A model generated the notes under the pieces. That model had not been told where the DNA came from and ran no database searches. It saw nothing but the letters and a program-made list of their open reading frames with translations. A stretch of DNA of 64,000 nt from the human T2T-CHM13v2.0 reference genome, Homo sapiens. The position numbers and the translations under genes are program-made. This document shows positions 57,158 through 64,000 of this stretch, piece by piece; the first letter of the stretch is position 1; every line of letters begins with the position of its first letter. The stretch lies in NCBI RefSeq assembly GCF_009914755.1, contig NC_060929.1; one strand, given 5' to 3'.

Positions 57158-58481
57158 CATGGAGGCCAGGCCAAGAGCCACAGGGCGGCCTCTCCCCAAC
57201 CAGCCCAGCTTCTCCTTACCTGCACCCAGGCCTCAGAGTTTCAGGGCTAACCCCCAGAATACTGGTAGGGGCCAAGGCCATGCTCCCCTTGGGAAACAGA
57301 AACAAGTGCCCAGTCAGCACCTACCCCTTCCCCCCCAGGGGGTTGAATATGCAAAAGCAGTTCCGCTGGGAACCCCCATCCAATCAACTGCTGTACCCAT
57401 GGGGGTAGTGGGGTTACTGTAGACACCAAGAACCATTTGCCACACCCCGTTTAGTTACAGCTGAACTCCTCCATCTTCCAAATCAATCAGGCCCATCCAT
57501 CCCATGCCTCCCTCCTCCCCACCCCACTCCAACAGTTCCTCTTTCCCGAGTAAGGTGGTTGGGGTGTTGAAGTACCAAGTAACCTACAAGCCTCCTAGTT
57601 CTGAAAAGTTGGAAGGGCATCATGACCTCTTGGCCTCTCCTTTGATTCTCAATCTTCCCCCAAAGCATGGTTTGGTGCCAGCCCCTTCACCTCCTTCCAG
57701 AGCCCAAGATCAATGCTCAAGTTTTGGAGGACATGATCACCATCCCCATGGTACTGATGCTTGCTGGATTTAGGGAGGGCATTTTGCTACCAAGCCTCTT
57801 CCCAACGCCCTGGGGACCAGTCTTCTGTTTTGTTTTTCATTGTTTGACGTTTCCACTGCATGCCTTGACTTCCCCCACCTCCTCCTCAAACAAGAGACTC
57901 CACTGCATGTTCCAAGACAGTATGGGGTGGTAAGATAAGGAAGGGAAGTGTGTGGATGTGGATGGTGGGGGCATGGACAAAGCTTGACACATCAAGTTAT
58001 CAAGGCCTTGGAGGAGGCTCTGTATGTCCTCAGGGGACTGACAACATCCTCCAGATTCCAGCCATAAACCAATAACTAGGCTGGACCCTTCCCACTACAT
58101 AATAGGGCTCAGCCCAGGCAGCCAGCTTTGGGCTGAGCTAACAGGACCAATGGATTAAACTGGCATTTCAGTCCAAGGAAGCTCGAAGCAGGTTTAGGAC
58201 CAGGTCCCCTTGAGAGGTCAGAGGGGCCTCTGTGGGTGCTGGGTACTCCAGAGGTGCCACTGGTGGAAGGGTCAGCGGAGCCCCAGCAGGAAGGGTGGGC
58301 CAGCCAGGCCATTCTTAGTCCCTGGGTTGGGGAGGCAGGGAGCTAGGGCAGGGACCAAATGAACAGAAAGTCTCAGCCCAGGATGGGGCTTCTTCAACAG
58401 GGCCCCTGCCCTCCTGAAGCCTCAGTCCTTCACCTTGCCAGGTGCCGTTTCTCTTCCGTGAAGGCCACTGCCCAGGTCCCC

Positions 58482-58501
58482 AGTGCGCCCCCTAGTGGCC
58501 A
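58482..58501 (-). promoter_or_regulatory. Consensus CTCF binding motif in reverse orientation
   Basis: Minus strand reads TGGCCACTAGGGGGCGCACT, matching CCASYAGRKGGCRS. Confidence 0.85.
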
Positions 58502-58937
58502 TAGCCTGGTTAAAGTTCCCCAGTGCCTCCTTGTGCATAGACCTTCTTCTCCCACCCCCTTCTGCCCCTGGGTCCCCGGCCATCCAGCGGGGCTGCCAGA
58601 GAACCCCAGACCTGCCCTTACAGTAGTGTAGCGCCCCCTCCCTCTTTCGGCTGGTGTAGAATAGCCAGTAGTGTAGTGCGGTGTGCTTTTACGTGATGGC
58701 GGGTGGGCAGCGGGCGGCGGGCTCCGCGCAGCCGTCTGTCCTTGATCTGCCCGCGGCGGCCCGTGTTGTGTTTTGTGCTGTGTCCACGCGCTAAGGCGAC
58801 CCCCTCCCCCGTACTGACTTCTCCTATAAGCGCTTCTCTTCGCATAGTCACGTAGCTCCCACCCCACCCTCTTCCTGTGTCTCACGCAAGTTTTATACTC
58901 TAATATTTATATGGCTTTTTTTCTTCGACAAAAAAAT

Positions 58938-58943
58938 AATAAA
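58938..58943 (+). terminator. PCDHG polyadenylation signal AATAAA
   Basis: U-rich upstream sequence and GT-rich downstream tract (59060-59270). Confidence 0.8.
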
Positions 58944-61004
58944 ACGTTTCTTCTGAAAAGCTGAACGTTTCTGTATAAGCGATGGAAGCTCCTGGCACGT
59001 GTGCATGAAGTGATGAGCTGAGGTGGGTGCTGGAAGAAGGGCGGAATCGGGAGGCCACTCTGTGTCATTGCGCGTCTAGATGTTTCCGAATTGCGTGTGT
59101 GTGTGTGACTGTGCAATATGGTTGTGTATGCTTGCAATGCCGTTGTGCCTATGAGACAGTGTGCGATTGTGTGCCTATGGATCTGTGTACCGTGTGCCAT
59201 TGTGTGATCGGTCCGCTGTGGGGGTGGGGATCTGAGTGCGGCGTGTCAGTGTGCAGTGGAGTGTGCAGTCTAAGCTTGCGGCTGTCTCCAGGCAGAAGAG
59301 GAGACCCCGGCGCGGGCGGGGGCGGGTTGGCGCCGGGCAAACGCCTTGGGTAGAGGGGAGAGGACGTTTCGTTAGTTCCCGCCCCTTCCTGACTAAAATT
59401 GCCTACCCGAAGCGCCCCGGAGGGCTTCACGGGAGGAGGGTAGACTCTCCTTTGCCCCCGCACCCCCACCCCCGCTGCCTAGGGGTTTTGGGAAAGCCGC
59501 GGGAGTGGGAGAGAATGCGGGAGGTGATTCTTCCAAAGCCAAGTCTGCAGCTCGAGCCTCAGTTTCCCCATCTGGAATTCGCCTTCCCGCTGACATCTCC
59601 GTAGCGAAGCCTAAGAAATTGGAGGGCTCATCCTCTTCTTGCGGGGGTCAAGGGGACTGAAAGGACGTGCAGGAAATGAGATCCATCGCAGACTCAGCTC
59701 CCCTCCCTCCTTCCTGTCGGTGCTTTTCCACTCACTCGCCTGCTCTCCCATCTCCCCGCCCCCTCCGCCTGCCTCCTCGAAGCACTGTGGGATTCCGAGG
59801 TTGCTGCAGCCAGAGAAGCTGCAGAAAAACACGGAGCTGGGGGTGAAGGGGGACTTAAAAGGGGAACTACCCGGAAGGACCCAAGAACACAAAGACAGAG
59901 CCACTGGGGTTATCTGGCTGGTCAGCAAGGGTATGCGGCTTCCTCCGCGCTGCGGAGGCTCCCAGAGCCAGGTCACCCATTCTGCCAGCTCAAGTCTGTT
60001 GTCATGGGAACCAAACCTTCCAACTTAAGAATCTGGGGGCGACTTTCTAGCGTGGGAGGAAGGGTGGTGTGCACGGTTGCTGAGATGGAAGCAGGGTTTT
60101 GTTACTCAGAGCCAGGCTGCGGAGGGGCGGGGTGCCGGGCGCCTGGGTTCTATTCCAGGCACAGCAGCAGACTGGCAGAGCGCGTGAGCAGCTGTGGTTT
60201 GTCCCCTAATTGGTATGTGTGCCTATAAAGCTCTGAACCAGAAAGGCGTGGCCTCCGGGGGGACGGGAGGGAGGCGGCAGGCAACCCATCCCCACACCTC
60301 AGGCCATACTGAGGAGGCAGCTGCCCAGGCTCCAGGGCTATTTAAAAGGCTTTTATTTCCAGTTCCAGAGCCCGCCCGAATGGGTTTGTGGTCCTCTCCA
60401 GGCCTCTCCCTGTCTATCCTGGGCCTGCTCATTGCTGGTCTGGCTTTTTTGTGCAGGTCATAACGTGCTCAGACAAGTATGGCTCCAAGTGGCAAGTCAT
60501 CTGGAGCATGACCTCAGGCTCCCAACCTCTGCTGGGCAGGCTCAGGTTTCCACCCCAGGGTAAACCCCTCTACTCTGGAATGTGGTCTGTGGCCACCAAC
60601 AGAGCAGAGGGGATGAGAAAATGGGAGCCAGATGCTTCCCTCAGCAAGAGACACAGGTACTGCCAGGAAACCTTGCGTGACATCTGGGAACATGAAAGGT
60701 TCCAAGTGAGTTCCAAAAAAGGGCTCCAAACCAAGTAGCAGCAATGTGGAAGAGTCAGGGAGCTGAACCAGGCGCCCACTCCTTTACTGTGGCCAAACGG
60801 CCCTGAGGTGAGCTCTGGTGGGGCAGCAGCCACCATGTATTAATCATCTCTAGCCCTGTGCCCAAGTAAAGTGTCTGGCACCTTTAGCTTTTTCACAGTG
60901 ATTTGTCAGGTCAACCAGGGATTTGAGGCAGGAAAGACTAGAGGAGCCTGGACTAGAGTGAAAAGAAAACAGCTCAGAAATTCACACAGGAAGCTGTAAG
61001 GCAG

Positions 61005-62834
61005 TACTGTTTCAATGCTTTATTAACAGTTGGAAACAAAACCAACAAACTGGAGGTGATGACATCCCAGAAGCCTATGAGGCAAGGGAAATAGGTTTGC
61101 ATTTTGTCCCTCACACCTCTCTCTCTCTCTCTTTTTTTTTATTAAATGCATCTTAGCAAAAGTAGATTAAAAAAGAAAGGGTCAAAGCCCCAGATGTCAG
61201 CGAGCAGGGAGGAGGTGACCCAGGGGAGCAACAGACGCCCTGCATCAGAGTCCTCCCAGGAATAGTCCAAAGGAGCTGCTCTTGCCCCTTTATACACAAG
61301 CGCCAGCAACCAAAACCCTCCCTCCTGGCAATAAGGCCTCACTATAGTTGCCCTCATGCTTCCTAAGCTCTCTCTTGCTCTAATAACTCTAATTCTGGGC
61401 CAAGCCCAAGAGTGCCATTCTTTCTTCCTAGCTGGGGATGGAAAGCTGAGAGGGGCACAAGGAGGGCAAAAGTATCACCCTAAGCCAGAGAATTGCAGCT
61501 TCCTGTGGTTGGGGCCACCAAACAGTTCAGTGTGCCCACCCACTTCTCTTTTAGAAGAGAGCTGGGGTACAGTGTATGAAGGCACTCCTGGTGCCCAGTT
61601 CCCCAGAATGTCCAGTTAGCATCTGCACATTTGGCTTGATACATTTATACATTTATAAAAAACTCTGTGGTCTTAGAGTTCCTGCTACTCTTAGGCCTGG
61701 CCCAGCTCAACCAGAGAAGGGGTTCCTCCTGTGTCGGATTCCCTGGGAGAGAGGATCTGCCTTGGACTCAAGGGTCCAGAAGGTCCAGGGGCATATTCAG
61801 GATTGGGCCTGTGAGAAGAAATCCCAGAACTCTGTAACCTGCCACCAAAGCTTCTTACATTATGGAGGGGAAAGGGGGAAGGAACAGTTTTCTTTAAAAA
61901 ATTTTTTTTTTTCATACAAAAATAGATCCATTTGCAAAACAATTTCTCAGCCAGGAGGCTCCACCTCCCATTTCCTTGTAGACAGAGGGTGAGGTGTTGG
62001 GATGGTCACAGTACAACCCATAGTCCAGATGAGATGCACCAAAGCTCAGGGAAGGCATGAGGAGGGAAGGTGGCTCAGTAGCCTGGGGTTGGTGCAGAGC
62101 GTCCAGAGAGGCAAGGGCATAAAGCGTGGCAGAAGCTGGGGGCAGGTCCCACACTGTCGCTATGCCCTGCCTGCCTGCCCACAGGCTCTGGCCTGGGCCA
62201 CAGCACAGCAGGGAAACTGGTCCAGATCCTTTGCTTTGGAGGCCTTTCCCAGGAAGGTGGGGTAAAGGTGGGATTTGCTCCCTGCTTCCTTAGGAGCAGC
62301 TCCCAGTGCCACACCACTAATAATAAATAACCACAGCCAGGAGAGGGAAGAGCAGAGACAACAGCAATGAAAGGAGGGATCTAGCCCAAAGGTTTACAAG
62401 CCCCATGCTATTCTCAGGGCCAGAGAAACCACAAAAGAAAAGCACAAATCCAGCAAGACTGACCTAGGGGGGAAAGCCCATTAGAAAGTCAGGGCTGAGA
62501 AAAAGCAGGCTGGGCCTTGTCTGAGATGAGGCCCTCTGAGTAACAGAGAGGAGACAGGGTTAAGGCAGCAAACATGGACCCTGCTTTGGTAATACAACAG
62601 CCAGGGCTGGCTAAGTCGGGCTCAGGCCTCCCCTGCACTGCCCTTTCCTTCTGGCCTCCAGGCAGCTGAAGCTGTATGTGATGTTGAGAGAGCAGCAGGC
62701 CAGAGAGAAAGACAGGGTCAGGGTGGTGGGAGTGGCCACCCCAGAGGAATATCCCCTTGAGCCTTTAGGCACATGCTGCAGGGCAGGACAGTCTGCGGCT
62801 CCGCTGAGGAGCTGCCGCGGTCACAGGACCCACA
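61005..62834 (-). other. DIAPH1: DIAPH1 3' UTR, with poly(A) signals on minus at 61019-61024 and 61138-61143
   Basis: Follows the DIAPH1 stop codon; two tttatt hexamers on +; end position inferred. Confidence 0.8.
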
Positions 62835-63053
<219 letters not shown>

Positions 63054-64000
63054 CTACAGCAGATAATCAGCGTAAGCCATGCAGACATGACTACCTTGGC
63101 CACTTCACAGAGGCCCTTACTTTGAAGAAAGGGGCAGAGATCCAGCATGTGGAATATATTGTTGGGTGGCAAAGAATGTAAGAGAGTGTGGTGCAACAGG
63201 AAAGCAAGCCTTGCCCCCTTGCTTCCCTGTGTGAAAACAGCACAAAAGTTTGAACACAGACAGACAGAACTGGGCTGAAGTGTTAGCTATGTGACTTAAG
63301 GAGAGATGAAGTATTCAAAGTCTATTTTCTCGTAATAGGGATGTTGGAATTAAATAGACTAAAGTTTAGTACATAGTATTATTTTTGTTTTCTTGACAGG
63401 TCCCAGGAAACTCCTAGGCCAAAACACTTCTCAGTCAGCCCTGGGAGGGTTGTCCCTAGCAGAAGGCAACCTTCCGTAAGTGGCTGGAGAGACTCCCGCA
63501 AAGAGGAACAGCAGCCACGCACTGACACCGCACTCCCACGTGTTCCTCCAACAACAGATGCCCACATGCCTTAGCTCTTTCCCACCCCTTCAAAGGTAGC
63601 AGCCGTAATACAAATGCCAAGGGCCCTACAAGGTGTGTAGAGTATGTGGGGGTGGCATGGCGGGGGGGAGGTAGTAATAAAAACTATGCCAGGGAAGCAG
63701 AACTGGGATAAAGATGGACAGGAGAGGACCCCTACCAAGAAATCTCAGCCCAGGTGGCTAAGAGATGGTCAAGTTCCGGCTGTCATACCAGATTAGAAAA
63801 GAAGAACCAAATCAATCCACGAGTTTCTGTTCTAACTGCTGGGTTTCATCCCCAAGACTCTCATATTCATTTATGGTATCTAGGCTTATGGCCCCAGTAT
63901 CTGCAGCAGGAAGGCCACTCCTTGAGACCATGCCCATCTCATGATGTTTCCTCCTCCCATGCCCCAGAACAGCACAGAGCAACTGTGTATACACAAACAG

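Larger units (their letters stand above)
57158..58960 (+). other. PCDHG@: Shared PCDHG 3' UTR
   Basis: Runs from the stop codon to the AATAAA signal; the exact cleavage site is inferred. Confidence 0.8.

Overview
Human-type genomic DNA from the 3' end of the clustered protocadherin-gamma locus (5q31). The first ~21 kb is repeat-dense intron: Alus, L1, a near full-length Hsmar2 mariner, a MER82-like Tigger element and an ERV1-type element. Three large single-exon variable regions follow (PCDHGC3 21924-24353, PCDHGC4 31145-33586, PCDHGC5 35212-37671). Each ends in a phase-0 donor that joins the three shared constant exons (40778-40836, 51378-51466, 56931-~58960), giving proteins of 934, 938 and 944 aa. 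The last exon of DIAPH1 lies convergently on the minus strand (~61005-62992). I found no unknown protein-coding system, and most of the short ORFs in the track come from repeats. The most notable sequence-level observations: (1) the ERV element has the anatomy of an L1-retrotransposed ERV RNA rather than a provirus; (2) a perfect 190-bp templated duplication lies between C3 and C4; (3) all three C-type promoters share an inverted ATTGG...CCAAT pair, which encloses a CSE-like core in C3 and C4; (4) early in-frame splice donors in C3 and C4 would give soluble constant-domain-only isoforms; (5) an orphan CpG island follows C5; (6) a consensus reverse-oriented CTCF site sits in the shared 3' UTR. 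Repeat subfamily names and boundaries were called by eye and are approximate.
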